Source: Sedimentisphaerales bacterium
Lineage (GTDB): Bacteria; Planctomycetota; Phycisphaerae; Sedimentisphaerales; Anaerobacaceae
NCBI GenBank assembly: GCA_963708075.1
Contig: OY970194.1
Coordinates: 1,536,001-1,600,000, forward strand
Length of the DNA: 64,000 nucleotides
Reading direction: 5' to 3'
Part shown: positions 19,824 to 34,200 of the stretch, piece by piece
Layout: each line of letters begins with the position of its first letter
Numbering within the stretch: the stretch's first letter is position 1
Made by a program: the position numbers and the translations under genes
Notes under the pieces: model-generated
What the model was told of the DNA's origin: nothing
The model's input: the letters and a program-made list of their open reading frames with translations, nothing else
Database searches by the model: none

Positions 19824-21236
19824 ATGAAACGGGTCGAGTATCTCCCACATGAGGGCCGCCGGGGCTCTGCGCTGTTGCTTTCACTGGTCTTCATCGTCGT
19901 GTTCTCCGCTATGGCAATTGGCATGGCGAGCATGTCCGGCTCCAATGTTCAAGTGGCAAAGAACCAGCGAATGCTGGACAACACGCGAGGTTGTGCCGAG
20001 TCCGGGCTGGAGGTCCTTCGCTACTGGGTGAGCCGAGTGGAGTTGTCGGGCACGACGGCGCCGGGCCTGCGCTTCCAGCAGTTGGGCACCGCGCTGCAAA
20101 ACACGCTATCTGCGGCGGGCGTCACCAATATCACGCCGGTCTGCGACGGCAATGCGATCACCATCTCCAGCGTGACGCTTGGGTCGAGCAGCAACCAGAG
20201 CTTCACCGCCATGTTCAGCAAGATCAGCGACGATAACGTCCGGCTGGATGTCACGGGCCATTACGGGCCGATCACCAGGACCATCCGCACGAACTATATC
20301 TTCGACACACGGGCCAACAACGTCTTCGACTTCGGCGTCGCCTCCAGAGGTCCAGTCTCCCTGTTCGGCAATATCGATCTCACCGGCTTCAACATCAACG
20401 TCGAGTCGAACGCCTACATCGAATGCGATCCGCTGAGAACCGGCACCTCGCTGGCGCTAACCATCATCGGAAACTCACAGATCGCCGGCTTTGTGGATAT
20501 CGGCTATGCCGGGGCGTATGTCGACATGCAGGGCGGCCAGGCCAAAATCGGGAACATGACCCGTGATGAGGGGGCTGCCCAGCCTCCGTACACTGAGTAC
20601 GGCAAAGGGGGCATTGAATTCCCGGAGATGAGGCCCGATGTGTTCTACAGCTACGCCACCAACGTCCTGAGTCCCACGGCGAACCTCTCCGCGAATGCGA
20701 CGTATGACAATCTGCTCATTCCCCCGGGAAGAAACCCCACCTTCACAGGACACACCACCCTGCGGGGCATCATCTATGTCCAGACCCCGAACATCGTCAC
20801 GTTCTCGGGTGGTGTGAACATCACCGGGATTATTGTGACCAATGGCAGCGAAACTGATAATTCCGGCGCGAACCGGATCTCGTTCACGAGCAGCATAATC
20901 AGCTATCCGGTCAGTCAGTTGCCGCTGGAGCCGCAATTCGCGGGACTCCATGGTGAAACCGGCACGTTCATGATGACACCCGGCTTCAGGGCCACCTTTA
21001 CCGGCGCCTTCGACTCGCTGAGCGGTGTCATCGCCGCCAATGGCATCGAGTTCTCCGGCGGCGCCGGCGGAAACATCAATGGCTCGCTCATCAACTATGC
21101 CAGCAACACGATGGTACTTGGCGGCAACAGTGACCTGCGGTTCAACCGCTCGGGCATAGTGGAGCTGCCGGCCGGCTTCGTGCCTCGAATCATCCTGCGC
21201 TACGACCCGTCCGGGTACTCGGAAGTAACGCTTTGA
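19824..21236 (+). CDS. PilX-like N-terminal domain protein
   Basis: RRGSALLLSL prepilin-like leader, AESG motif, beta-rich C-terminus. Confidence 0.75.
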   Translation: MKRVEYLPHEGRRGSALLLSLVFIVVFSAMAIGMASMSGSNVQVAKNQRMLDNTRGCAESGLEVLRYWVSRVELSGTTAPGLRFQQLGTALQNTLSAAGVTNITPVCDGNAITISSVTLGSSSNQSFTAMFSKISDDNVRLDVTGHYGPITRTIRTNYIFDTRANNVFDFGVASRGPVSLFGNIDLTGFNINVESNAYIECDPLRTGTSLALTIIGNSQIAGFVDIGYAGAYVDMQGGQAKIGNMTRDEGAAQPPYTEYGKGGIEFPEMRPDVFYSYATNVLSPTANLSANATYDNLLIPPGRNPTFTGHTTLRGIIYVQTPNIVTFSGGVNITGIIVTNGSETDNSGANRISFTSSIISYPVSQLPLEPQFAGLHGETGTFMMTPGFRATFTGAFDSLSGVIAANGIEFSGGAGGNINGSLINYASNTMVLGGNSDLRFNRSGIVELPAGFVPRIILRYDPSGYSEVTL

Positions 21237-21719
21237 AACTTTGACTGTCTGTTACGAGAAGTCCAAATCGACGAATTGGCATAATAGAAGAGTGTGACAA
21301 TGTCTCATAGGCCTCAACAAAGGAACGGAATCATGCAGAGGGTATCCATGCGAACTCTGGCTCTATTAGTCGAGTTGCTGTTGGCGGTTGCCTCCCATCA
21401 GTACATGGCGATCACCAGGCCCAGCACAGGCGTCATGTGGCTGGCAGGCAACTGCGACACAAGCGAGTATTACCAAGGCGCCACACAGGCTCTGAACTGA
21501 GCCCCTAGGGCACGCCTTCCCATCATCATGCCGGCCGTAACGTCCCGCGCCCACGCGGCAGCGGGCGTTGTCTCACACTCAATCGCACCCACGGCCGGCA
21601 TGCCCTAACTCCACTCCCCCTGAACCATACCGCACGGAATGTGAAAGCATGGGCGAACACAACCGGGCTCGACGCCCATGACGCCCGACACACACCGGCA
21701 GCCGCTTTCTGATTGCCCT

Positions 21720-21748
21720 TTGACAGACGGTCCTGGATATGGTCTAAT
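21720..21748 (+). promoter_or_regulatory. Sigma70-like promoter of carB
   Basis: TTGACA-17nt-TCTAAT. Confidence 0.55.
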
Positions 21749-21816
21749 CCCGCCGAACTCGAGTGTGGCTTCCAGCAACCTTGATCCAAGGTTTGTCGCA
21801 GACAGGAGAAGACTCA

Positions 21817-25021
<3,205 letters not shown>

Positions 25022-25038
25022 CTGCTGACGCAACGGCA

Positions 25039-25083
25039 GTGGAAGTGCCCGGGATGGCGAAGAGCCAGACTGGGCACTTCCAC
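25039..25083. terminator. Strong hairpin between convergent genes
   Basis: GTGGAAGTGCCC...GGGCACTTCCAC 12-bp stem; no clear U-tract. Confidence 0.5.
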
Positions 25084-25098
25084 CCTTGCCTTTCCGAT

Positions 25099-25326
25099 TT
25101 ACCGGTTCGCTGGGATGAACACCATCTCGCAGTCGAGCCATTTCTCATAATCTCCCGACAGATAGCCGGTGACTTTGTTTGACTTCGCATCGCGCAGGCG
25201 GTACTTCAGGCCGGGCACCCATCCAGATGACGCATGAGTTCTTCAACTTGCTGTGAAGCCAGGAGTCCCGAGAGTAGATCTGCGACAGCCGCACTGTATT
25301 GTTCGCACTGTGGATTCCTCGCTCAT
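25099..25326 (-). CDS. Small protein with in-frame TGA at codon 28 (candidate selenoprotein)
   Basis: MSEESTVRTIQCGCRRSTLGTPGFTAS(TGA)RTHASSGWVPGLKYRLRDAKSNKVTGYLSGDYEKWLDCEMVFIPANR-TAA. Confidence 0.55.
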
Positions 25327-25750
25327 CCCTTTTCACGCCAAGCATCTCCCACAGTTGCCTGTGAGCCCGGCTCAGGCGGCCTGGACGGTCGCATGAGAGA
25401 CCCCGAGTATCTCGGCGATGCTTGCCGTGCGGCGGCCATCTTCGTAAAAGAGCTGATCTGTCTGCGCGTCCAACGCAGACTCCTGATTTGCGACTTCCCC
25501 GACTAGGACGAATACCGATGCCCGCCCTGACAGCTTTTTTTCAAGTTGCGAGCAAAATGTAAGTTCCTGCGTATAGAGTATAGCTGAACATGCCCGTGGG
25601 GTGGCAATGCCCAGGTCCGGACAAATTATTGACGATTGAGACCGATTATTGGTTAGGGACAGACGTATTCAGGTGCACGGCGTGCTTGAATCGGGACTTG
25701 GGAAATTGACCGTGAGTGATCACCATCACCAGTAATCGGTAGGTGAGTCG

Positions 25751-28345
25751 ATGGCGAGCTATTTGAAGAACGCAAGACTGCTTGATCAAAACAGACTGAA
25801 TCAGATGGTTCGGGACCGCATGGCCCGGATGAGATCGCGTACCCGTGAGGCCGTGAAACGGCAGGATGACAACGGCGGCACTGACTTGAATCTGCCGGAG
25901 GTCATCGCAATTCTGCCGATCCGCAACACGGTGGCCTTTCCGGGTACGGTGACCCCGCTGGCCGTGGGCCGTGAGTCGAGTAAGGTGCTTCTGGCGGACG
26001 CCGAGCACGAGGAATCACTCGTCGGCCTGCTGACGCAGCGCAAGCCCAACACCGACAAACCTGGCTTTGACGATCTCTACTCCATCGGTACGACTGCCTC
26101 CCTCGTAAAAGTCACGAGGATGCCGCATGGCTCGATCAACGTCTTCGCCTACGGCATTGCTCGCTTCCGAATCGTGGAACGCATTGCCACCAAACCCTAT
26201 CTGAAGGCAAGGATCGAGCTGCTCGACGTCAGAGTCAAGGTTACCAAGCAGCTCCAGGCTTTGATCGTTTCCGTGCGCCGTACGGCTGCCCGTGCGCTGG
26301 CGTTGAGCCCGAACATGCCGGAAGAGGCCGCCGTCATGCTTGAAAATATCGAGGACCCCTCTTCGCTCGCCGATTTTCTGGCGGCCAACCTCAGCATCAA
26401 CGTGGAGCAGAGACAGGAACTGCTCGAAGAGCTCGATCCGGTGGAGCGGCTGGAGAAGGTCTCCGTGATTCTGGCGCACCAGCTCGAGGTCCTCGAATTG
26501 AGCCACAAGATTCAGAGCCGCGTCAAGGAATCCATCGAAAAGAGCCAGCGGGAGTATTTCCTGCAGGAACAACTCAAAGCCATTCAGACGGAGCTGGGCC
26601 AGGGGGACGGTCGGACGGAAGAGTTGAAGGACTTGCGACAGAAGATCCTCAAGGTCAGGATGCCCAAAAAGACGGAGGAGGAAGCCCTGCGAGAGTTGGA
26701 GCGTTTGGGCAAGATCCCTGCGAGTTCCCCTGAATACAGCGTCATACGAACGTACCTCGATTGGGTCTGCGAGCTGCCCTGGTCCGTGCAGACGGAGGAT
26801 CAGCTCGACATTCAAAGGGCGGAGCGCATCCTGAATCGCGACCACTACGACCTGAAAAAGGTCAAGAGGCGGATTCTGGAACTGCTGGCCGTACGAAAGC
26901 TCAATCCACGCGGTAAGAGCCCTATCCTGTGTTTCATCGGGCCGCCCGGGGTCGGAAAGACCTCGCTCGGAAAATCCATTGCCCGCGCCATGGGGCGGGA
27001 GTTCGTGCGCATATCGCTCGGCGGCATCCGGGATGAGGCGGACATCCGCGGCCACCGGCGGACCTACATCGGATCGCTGCCCGGGCGCATCCTCCAGGAA
27101 TTGCGCAAGTGCGGCAGCCGCAATCCCGTCTTTATGTTGGATGAGATGGACAAGATCGGCGCCGATTTCCGAGGCGATCCGGCCAGCGCCCTGCTGGAGG
27201 TGCTCGACCCGGAGCAGAACTATACTTTTTCCGATCATTATCTCGATCAGCCGTTCGACCTGTCGGACGTCATGTTCATCGGGACTGCCAACTACGCCGG
27301 CCGGATTCCGTCCGCCCTGCTCGACCGGATGGAGCTTATCGACCTGCCCGGCTACACGGATTCCGAAAAGCTCAAGATCGCCAAACGCTATCTCGTTCCG
27401 CGCCAGTTGAAGGAGAATGGGCTGAAGAAGACGCAACTGACGATCAAGGACGAGGCGATCTCGTGTATTATCCACGGCTACACGCGTGAAGCGGGCGTGC
27501 GAAATCTGGAACGTCGCATCGCGGCCGTCTGCCGTGCCGTTGCGGCGGATATTGCCAAAGGGACGAAGCGGAACCGGACGATCACCTGCAAGGACCTGCC
27601 GCCTATCCTCGGACCGGCCCATTACGAGTCGGAGGTCGCCCTGCGGACAGGCATCCCGGGCGTGGCCACGGCCCTGGCGTATACCTCCGTTGGCGGCGAG
27701 CTGCTGTTCATCGAATCTGCCGCCGTTCCCGGCCGCGGGCAATTGCAGCTCACCGGCCAGATCGGCAGCGTCATGAAGGAAAGTGCGCATGCCGCCTTTT
27801 CGATCATCCGGTCCAACGCCAAGCGGCTGGGAATCAGAGACGAGTTGCTCACCAAGTTCGACTTTCACATCCATGTGCCGGCGGGCGCTGTGCCGAAGGA
27901 TGGACCCAGTGCGGGCGTCGCCATGTTCACCTCGCTCGTCAGCCTGTTGCTGCAGAGGCCGGCCCGGCCCGATGTGGCCATGACCGGCGAGATCACGCTA
28001 CGAGGCCTTGTCCTGCCCATCGGCGGACTCAAGGAGAAGGTGATCGCCGCCAAGCACGCGGGCATCAAGACGGTCATCGTACCCGAGCGAAACAGGAAAG
28101 ACATCGCCGAGTTGGGCAAGGAAGTCACAAAAGGCCTTCAATTTGCCTATGTCAACAACACTGCCGAGGTCCTTCAGATCGCCCTGGGCAGCGTTGATAA
28201 ACGACCTGACGGCGAAGCTCTCAGCCGGCAATCAGTGAAGGAGGTTCGGCAGGAACAGGCACAGCCACGGGAACGCGATCAGCAGGATCGCCGCAGCGAT
28301 CATGGCCAGCAGGAACGGCATGGACCCCCGGAAAATCGTCTCTAA
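25751..28345 (+). CDS. lon: ATP-dependent protease La
   Basis: LON N-domain, GPPGVGKTS, MLDEMDK, PKDGPSAG and PIGGLKEK motifs; the 3' end overlaps the TRAP permease gene and is uncertain. Confidence 0.98.
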   Translation: MASYLKNARLLDQNRLNQMVRDRMARMRSRTREAVKRQDDNGGTDLNLPEVIAILPIRNTVAFPGTVTPLAVGRESSKVLLADAEHEESLVGLLTQRKPNTDKPGFDDLYSIGTTASLVKVTRMPHGSINVFAYGIARFRIVERIATKPYLKARIELLDVRVKVTKQLQALIVSVRRTAARALALSPNMPEEAAVMLENIEDPSSLADFLAANLSINVEQRQELLEELDPVERLEKVSVILAHQLEVLELSHKIQSRVKESIEKSQREYFLQEQLKAIQTELGQGDGRTEELKDLRQKILKVRMPKKTEEEALRELERLGKIPASSPEYSVIRTYLDWVCELPWSVQTEDQLDIQRAERILNRDHYDLKKVKRRILELLAVRKLNPRGKSPILCFIGPPGVGKTSLGKSIARAMGREFVRISLGGIRDEADIRGHRRTYIGSLPGRILQELRKCGSRNPVFMLDEMDKIGADFRGDPASALLEVLDPEQNYTFSDHYLDQPFDLSDVMFIGTANYAGRIPSALLDRMELIDLPGYTDSEKLKIAKRYLVPRQLKENGLKKTQLTIKDEAISCIIHGYTREAGVRNLERRIAAVCRAVAADIAKGTKRNRTITCKDLPPILGPAHYESEVALRTGIPGVATALAYTSVGGELLFIESAAVPGRGQLQLTGQIGSVMKESAHAAFSIIRSNAKRLGIRDELLTKFDFHIHVPAGAVPKDGPSAGVAMFTSLVSLLLQRPARPDVAMTGEITLRGLVLPIGGLKEKVIAAKHAGIKTVIVPERNRKDIAELGKEVTKGLQFAYVNNTAEVLQIALGSVDKRPDGEALSRQSVKEVRQEQAQPRERDQQDRRSDHGQQERHGPPENRL

Positions 28346-29533
28346 GGGCACATCCCGCTCGATCCCGCTGACGACGTATACGCAGACACCCACGGGCGGC
28401 GTGATCGTACCCATTTGGGTGACCAGCACGATCATTACGCCGAACCAGATCGGGTCAAAACCAAGATTCGTGACGACCGGGTAGAAGATCGGGATCGTCA
28501 GCAGGACCAGTGCCAGTGCGTCGACAAAACATCCGGCGATGAGGTAGAACAGCACAATCAGCAGCATGATCGCCCACGGCGGCAGGGGCAAGCCTCCAAG
28601 CCAGGTCGCCAGCTCCATCGGCAGTTGGGTGATGGCCAGGAAACGGCCAAAGACCATCGCGCCGGCCACGATGATCAACACCATGACCGAGGTCCGCAGC
28701 GTCTCCATCAGCGACTGGATGAGTTTGGCAAACCCGAACTTGCGCCGCACCGCAGTGATAACGATCGTGCCGGCGGCGCCGATGGCAGCTCCTTCCGTCG
28801 GGGTGAAGATTCCGACGAACATCCCGCCCATGACGCCCGCAAACAGCAGCATCGTCTCCCATGTGCCGGTGAGCGAAAGGATTTTCGCTTTCCAGGAGGA
28901 GGACGGCGCCGGCGGTCCGAGTTCCGGCCGGCGAACGCACTGAACGTAGATCACGATGCAGAACAGCAACGCCGTCAGAATCCCCGGCACGACCCCCGCG
29001 ATGAACAGCTTACCGATGGACTCCTCGGTCATGATCGCATAGACGATGAAGACGACGCTGGGCGGGATCATCATACCGATAGTCCCCCCCGCCGCCACCG
29101 CCCCACAGCCCAGTTCCATGCTGTACTTGTACCGTTTCATCTCGGGCAGCGCCACCAGAGCCATGGTGGCCGATGTCGCGGGCCCTGAGCCGCAGATGGC
29201 GCCAAACGCCGTGCACGCGCCGACGGTGGCCATGGCCAGCCCGCCCGGCAACGGACCGAGCCAATGGTACGCCGCATCGAACAAACGCCGGCTGATCCCG
29301 CCGTGAAAGGCGACCTGGCCCATTAGCACGAACAGCGGAATCACCGTCAGATTGTATGAGGCGAACGTCTTGTAGAGTTCCGCCGTGACCATGCTCACGG
29401 CCGCATCAGGTGTCACGACGACCGCAAAACCCACGGCCCCCACGATCGCCATGGCGAACGCCACCGGCATGCTGCTGCACAGCAACACGACCAGCGCGAC
29501 GCAACCCACGATGCCAATCTGTTCCGGTGTCAC
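28232..29533 (-). CDS. TRAP transporter large permease (DctM-like)
   Basis: IPLFVLMG, GMMIPPS, FTPTEGA and ITPPVG motifs; about 12 TM helices. Confidence 0.95.
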   Translation of the reverse strand: MTPEQIGIVGCVALVVLLCSSMPVAFAMAIVGAVGFAVVVTPDAAVSMVTAELYKTFASYNLTVIPLFVLMGQVAFHGGISRRLFDAAYHWLGPLPGGLAMATVGACTAFGAICGSGPATSATMALVALPEMKRYKYSMELGCGAVAAGGTIGMMIPPSVVFIVYAIMTEESIGKLFIAGVVPGILTALLFCIVIYVQCVRRPELGPPAPSSSWKAKILSLTGTWETMLLFAGVMGGMFVGIFTPTEGAAIGAAGTIVITAVRRKFGFAKLIQSLMETLRTSVMVLIIVAGAMVFGRFLAITQLPMELATWLGGLPLPPWAIMLLIVLFYLIAGCFVDALALVLLTIPIFYPVVTNLGFDPIWFGVMIVLVTQMGTITPPVGVCVYVVSGIERDVPLETIFRGSMPFLLAMIAAAILLIAFPWLCLFLPNLLH

Positions 29534-30042
29534 GGCTTCATCAACTCCTTTTCAGGATGCATAAACAGGTACAGAAGCACCGGGATCATCATGGCCGTGC
29601 ACACCGCCATCCAGTACGGCAGCCAGAACACCGGCCATTGCAGCGTCAGTGTCACCTGGCCGCTCGCCCTGAGTTCCCCCCCGTACTGGATGAACCGCCA
29701 CGTCAGGAAGCCAAACATGAGGATAGAAGCCCCTCGTATGATCGCATCCAGGATGAAGCGGCCTCGGCGAGAGAGCTTCTGGAGGACAAACTCGATGGCG
29801 ACGTGGCCCTTGTACGCTGTCGTGTACGGCAGGGCGCCGGCAATCATGATCGCGCTGAGCAGTTCGACGATGTCATAGGTCCCCTTCAGGGGGTACCCGA
29901 TGCGCCTTCCGACCACGTCCACGCAGGTCACGAGGATCATGATCACAATCGCTATCGCCGCTACTGCGGCCAGGAGATTGACGATCCGGCGCAGGGCAGA
30001 GGTATATCGCCCGTAGAGCCGCCCAAGAGTGGTTGTCTGCAT
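29530..30042 (-). CDS. TRAP transporter small permease (DctQ-like)
   Basis: 4 TM helices, DVVGR and GHVAIE motifs, operon position. Confidence 0.93.
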   Translation of the reverse strand: MQTTTLGRLYGRYTSALRRIVNLLAAVAAIAIVIMILVTCVDVVGRRIGYPLKGTYDIVELLSAIMIAGALPYTTAYKGHVAIEFVLQKLSRRGRFILDAIIRGASILMFGFLTWRFIQYGGELRASGQVTLTLQWPVFWLPYWMAVCTAMMIPVLLYLFMHPEKELMKP

Positions 30043-30057
30043 TGACGGTGTTCCTAC

Positions 30058-31113
30058 TTACTGACCCGCGGGCTTCGAGGATTTGGCAATCAGGTCCTGC
30101 GCATCCTTCAGGAATTGCTCGCCCGGCAGCCCCCTCTCCCTGGCGGCGGCCACATAAGCGGCCAAGACCGGCTCGACAGCCGCCTTCCACCGCTGCTGCT
30201 CTTCGGCCGAGAGCGTGATAACCTCCCGCTGCAGACCCTTGACGAACTCACGCCCGTCGGCATCGGCCTTGTCCCACGCCGCGCCACTCTTGCTCACCCA
30301 CTCCCGGCTGACCTCCGTGAACACCTTCTGGATATCCGGCGGCAGTTTCTCCCACTTCTGCTTGTTCATCACGACGAACATCGCCGTCGTGTACCCGACC
30401 GCCGTCGCGTCGGTGACGCAACTGATGACCTCCGCCTGCCTCCAGCCCTTGAGGGTCTCAATGGGACACAGGGTCGCATCGACGACACCCTTCTGCAGGG
30501 ACTCATACGTATCCGGCTGCGGCATCGCCACCGGCGTGCCGCCCAGGGCCTCCACAATCTTCAAAGACAGGCCCGTGCCGCGGACTTTCATGCCCTTCAC
30601 GTCCTCCAGGGTCTTCACGGGTTTCTTGGAGGCCAGCAGCCCCGGCCCGTGCGCATGCAGGTACAATACGTGCGTGTCCGCCATCTCCGCGGGCTTGTAC
30701 TTCTCCACCAACTCCGTGGCCACCCGGGTCGCCACCATGCCGTTCGGATACCCAAGAGGCAAATCCAGGCCTTCCAGCAGAGGGAATCGCCCGCGTGTGT
30801 AGGCCAGGCAGCTCATGCCAAGATCCGAGATGCCGTTCACCACGCCCTCATAGCACTGATCGGAGCGAGTCAACGTCCCGCCCGGATAGGTCTTGATCTT
30901 GACTCGCCCGTTCGTCCGCTTCTCGACCTCCCGGGCCCAGGCGTCGGCCGTGACGCACTGAATGTGCGTCGGCGGAAAGAAAATGCTGTAGGATAGCTCA
31001 ATCACCTTCGGCTGATCCGGCGGTGACTGCTTGCAGCCTGAAAACACCACAAGGAAAGCCATGACAACGAACGCGCACCCAGATACATTCCACCATCTCA
31101 TATACAGTTCCAT
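30058..31113 (-). CDS. TRAP transporter substrate-binding lipoprotein (DctP-like)
   Basis: FSGC lipobox; [21 protein letters not shown] and [10 protein letters not shown] motifs. Confidence 0.95.
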   Translation of the reverse strand: MELYMRWWNVSGCAFVVMAFLVVFSGCKQSPPDQPKVIELSYSIFFPPTHIQCVTADAWAREVEKRTNGRVKIKTYPGGTLTRSDQCYEGVVNGISDLGMSCLAYTRGRFPLLEGLDLPLGYPNGMVATRVATELVEKYKPAEMADTHVLYLHAHGPGLLASKKPVKTLEDVKGMKVRGTGLSLKIVEALGGTPVAMPQPDTYESLQKGVVDATLCPIETLKGWRQAEVISCVTDATAVGYTTAMFVVMNKQKWEKLPPDIQKVFTEVSREWVSKSGAAWDKADADGREFVKGLQREVITLSAEEQQRWKAAVEPVLAAYVAAARERGLPGEQFLKDAQDLIAKSSKPAGQ

Positions 31114-31298
31114 CAATCAGGTAGTCAAACTGGCCACGAACACCCACGGCAGGCCACCTGGGCATCATAATACCGGTGTTGCGCCGGAGATTCAAGCGCT
31201 GTCGCCCCGGACACCGGGATTTCCGGAAAAGACTCGGGGCGCCGTGCAAGGGTTTGCCCGGCGCCCCGAAGAGATACACGCTGACAGATGCGATGGCG

Positions 31299-34200
31299 TT
31301 ATGGCTCTTGAGGAGCTTCCACCGCAGCGGCCGAATCGCCCCTCGTGTCCGTCCACCGCATGAAGATGGCATCTTCACCGTCGACGATCACGGCTGGATC
31401 GGTCTGATCGGAATCATCGGATGTTACTGCGGTAACTTCAGCAGTCGTGAACGCATCGGTCGATGTGGCCATGTACACGTCCTGGTTGTCCGCCCGATCA
31501 TCCTGCCAGAGGACAGCGACGAGACCGTTCGGCTGCCGGCTGGCGGCGATGGCGGGATTCACCTGGTTGTCATTGGCATCGACGATCGCCTTCGGCGACG
31601 ACCACGCCTTGCCATCGAGCGAAACCGACGTACACACGTCCCAGTTGCCACGCGTGCTCTCCTGCCAGACGACATAGAGAACGCCTGCACCATCCACGGC
31701 GATGGCGGGATTGCAGTGATCGCCTTCGCCGTCGGTCACCTGGAACGTATCCTCGGCCGTTTCTACGCCCTCAGAAGTGCGAGAGACGTAGATCTGCCGC
31801 TGTCCGGCATCGCCCGCCTGCCAGGCGGACCAGGTGTTGCCTGTGCCGTCGCGTACGATGGCGGGCCTGCGCTGATCGAGATTGCTCTGATCCAGGATGG
31901 CCTCATCGGACACGCTGTTTTGATCCTCGCCGGCCGGCTCCGGAGCAATGCTCTGCATGGGAGCGGGCACCGAGGCCGCGGTATCGAACAGGTACGTCTG
32001 CTCGGGCATCAGATTGCCGGCCAGATCGCGGGCATTGACCGCCACGACGACCTGCTCACCAGTGGATATTGTCGGCTGATAGAGGTACCTGTAGTCCGCC
32101 TTGGTCCCGGTTCGCACGCAGGTGCCATAGGCTGTGTTCGATGCCTCTACATCACCGCTGTAGACGATATGGCCGTCCACCTCGATGCTTACGGAGGCTG
32201 GATTGACGCCCTTGCCTGCATCGCGAACCCGCAGAAGCATCATCGTGTTGGCTGTCGTAGCGGGATCGGGCATGAGATCGCCATCGACAATCGCCGGCGG
32301 GATCTGCTCCTGACCATCGGTTACGCTTTCTTCAGCCTTCGGCGTACGGGCACGCTCTGCAGCTCTGGAAGTACCCCTGATCTGCAGGATATTGCCCTTA
32401 GCCTTTGGCGTCATGATAGCTTCAGGACTGTCATCGATAGTCGGCATCTCTACCAGCGTCTCGTCGGCTGCGATTGAGTAGGCTGCCGCCGTGCCGGAGG
32501 TCGAGCTATAACTCGCATAGATGCTGTAGATGTAATTGGCCACAGTCGAAGTGCCGAACGTGGTGGGCATGCCGCCCGACCAGAGGGCAGATGAACTGGC
32601 CCGGCCCGGAATCCCGCTGGCATAGCGAACTCCCGGATTGCTCTGGAAGATCCATGCCAGCCAGATCCTCTGACCAGCGGACACCGACACCGGGCTTTGC
32701 AGATTGACCTTCTGCCAGCCGGTCGTGCTGCTAACGGTCGTGGAACTGGTCACGCCAAGGCGCGAGCCCGGCCTGCCGGAGCTATCCGCATAGACCCCCA
32801 GGATCATCTGGCCGGAGCCGGCCTGATGGTAGATGCTCATGCTCTGCAGTTGTCCGGCCCCAGGTGCTGTGTACGGCATCGCCCGGCGGTTGGTATCCCT
32901 GGTGATGCTTGAGAGCACTGTCGTGGTACCTACCGTCCCACTTGTGGTGGAGGTGCCGCTGCCGGCAGATGCTGTGGTGTAAGTCGCATAGATGCTGTAG
33001 ATGTAGTTGCCCAGGGTCGAGGTGCCGAACGCGGTGGGCATGCCGCCCGACCATCCGGCTGTCGAATCCGCCCGTCCGGGAGTCCCGGCCGTCGCGTGAA
33101 TTACCACGGCGTTCTGGAACACCCATGCCAACCAGACCTTCTGACCTGCGGACACCGACACCGGGCTCTGTAATGTGACAGTCTGCCAACCTGCCGCACT
33201 GGAAACCGTCGTGGAGTTGGTCGCCCCGAGACGCGCGCCCGGCTTGCCGGAGCTGTCCGCATACACCGCCAGGAGCATCTGACCGGACCCGGCCTCATGG
33301 TAGATGGTGATGCTTCTCAGTTGCCCGGCTTCGGGCATGGTGTACGGCACCGCTCGACGAATTTGCAGCGACGTACTGCCGCTGAACACGGTCGTGTTGC
33401 CCACCTTCTTCGTCGTCGTGCCTCCCGTGGAGGTCGCGAAACTGGCGGTCACGGACTTGTTGGCGTTCATCACGAGCGTCGCCGGATTGGCTGTGCCCGT
33501 CAGAGCCCCCGACCAACCGGTGAACGTGTAGCCGCTGTTCGGCGTCGCCTGCAAGGACACCGACGTGCCCGAGGTGTAACTGCTCTGATTGGGCGTTCTG
33601 GTCACTGTGCCATTGGTGGCGCTGACGGTGAGCATGTACGTCGTGCCTCCCGTCGAAGCGGCGAAGTTGGCGGTGACGGACTTGTTCGAGTTCATCACGA
33701 GCGTGGCGGGATTCGTTGTGCCCGTCAGATCGCCCGACCAGCCGGTGAATACGTAGCCGCTGTTCGGCGTCGCCTGCAGGGACACGGACGTGCCCGATGC
33801 GTAGCTGGTCTGATTGGGCGACTTGGTCACCGTCCCGTTTGTGGCGCTGATAGTCAGCGCGTATCCCGTTGCGGCGCCGGAGCCATACTCGTAGGCGCCG
33901 AGATCCGGGCCGCTGCCCTGAGGAACCGCCGCGCCGTCAAAGTCGCGCGTCAGACCTACACTCGTGCCCGCATTGATACAGGGCGAACTGTTCCCGAGAT
34001 GGAAGTCACGGCTGCCCACGTTCACAAAGTATGGATTGGAAATGACTTTGGCGGACGAGCCTGTCGTGTCCGTGGCCGCGCCCTGCTGGAAAGCGTTGTA
34101 CGCAACGGTCGTGCGGCTCAATGCCTGGCGGCCGCTGGTGTAGTCCCGGATGGCCCAGTTCGACGTGCTGTTCTGCCAGATCAGGTTGTTCTTGATGTAG

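Noticed and set aside
19824..21236. Type IV pilus or type II secretion gene cluster
   Set aside because: Only a single PilX-like gene is present, with no ATPase, secretin or other pilins adjacent.
28200..28345. 114-bp convergent overlap of lon and the TRAP permease gene as a functional feature
   Set aside because: The Lon extension is simply the antisense of the hydrophobic permease C-terminus; it may be a lost stop or an indel, with no evidence of function.
32500..33865. Diversity-generating retroelement template/variable repeat pair
   Set aside because: The duplications are in-frame protein domain repeats without adenine-specific differences, and no reverse transcriptase is present.
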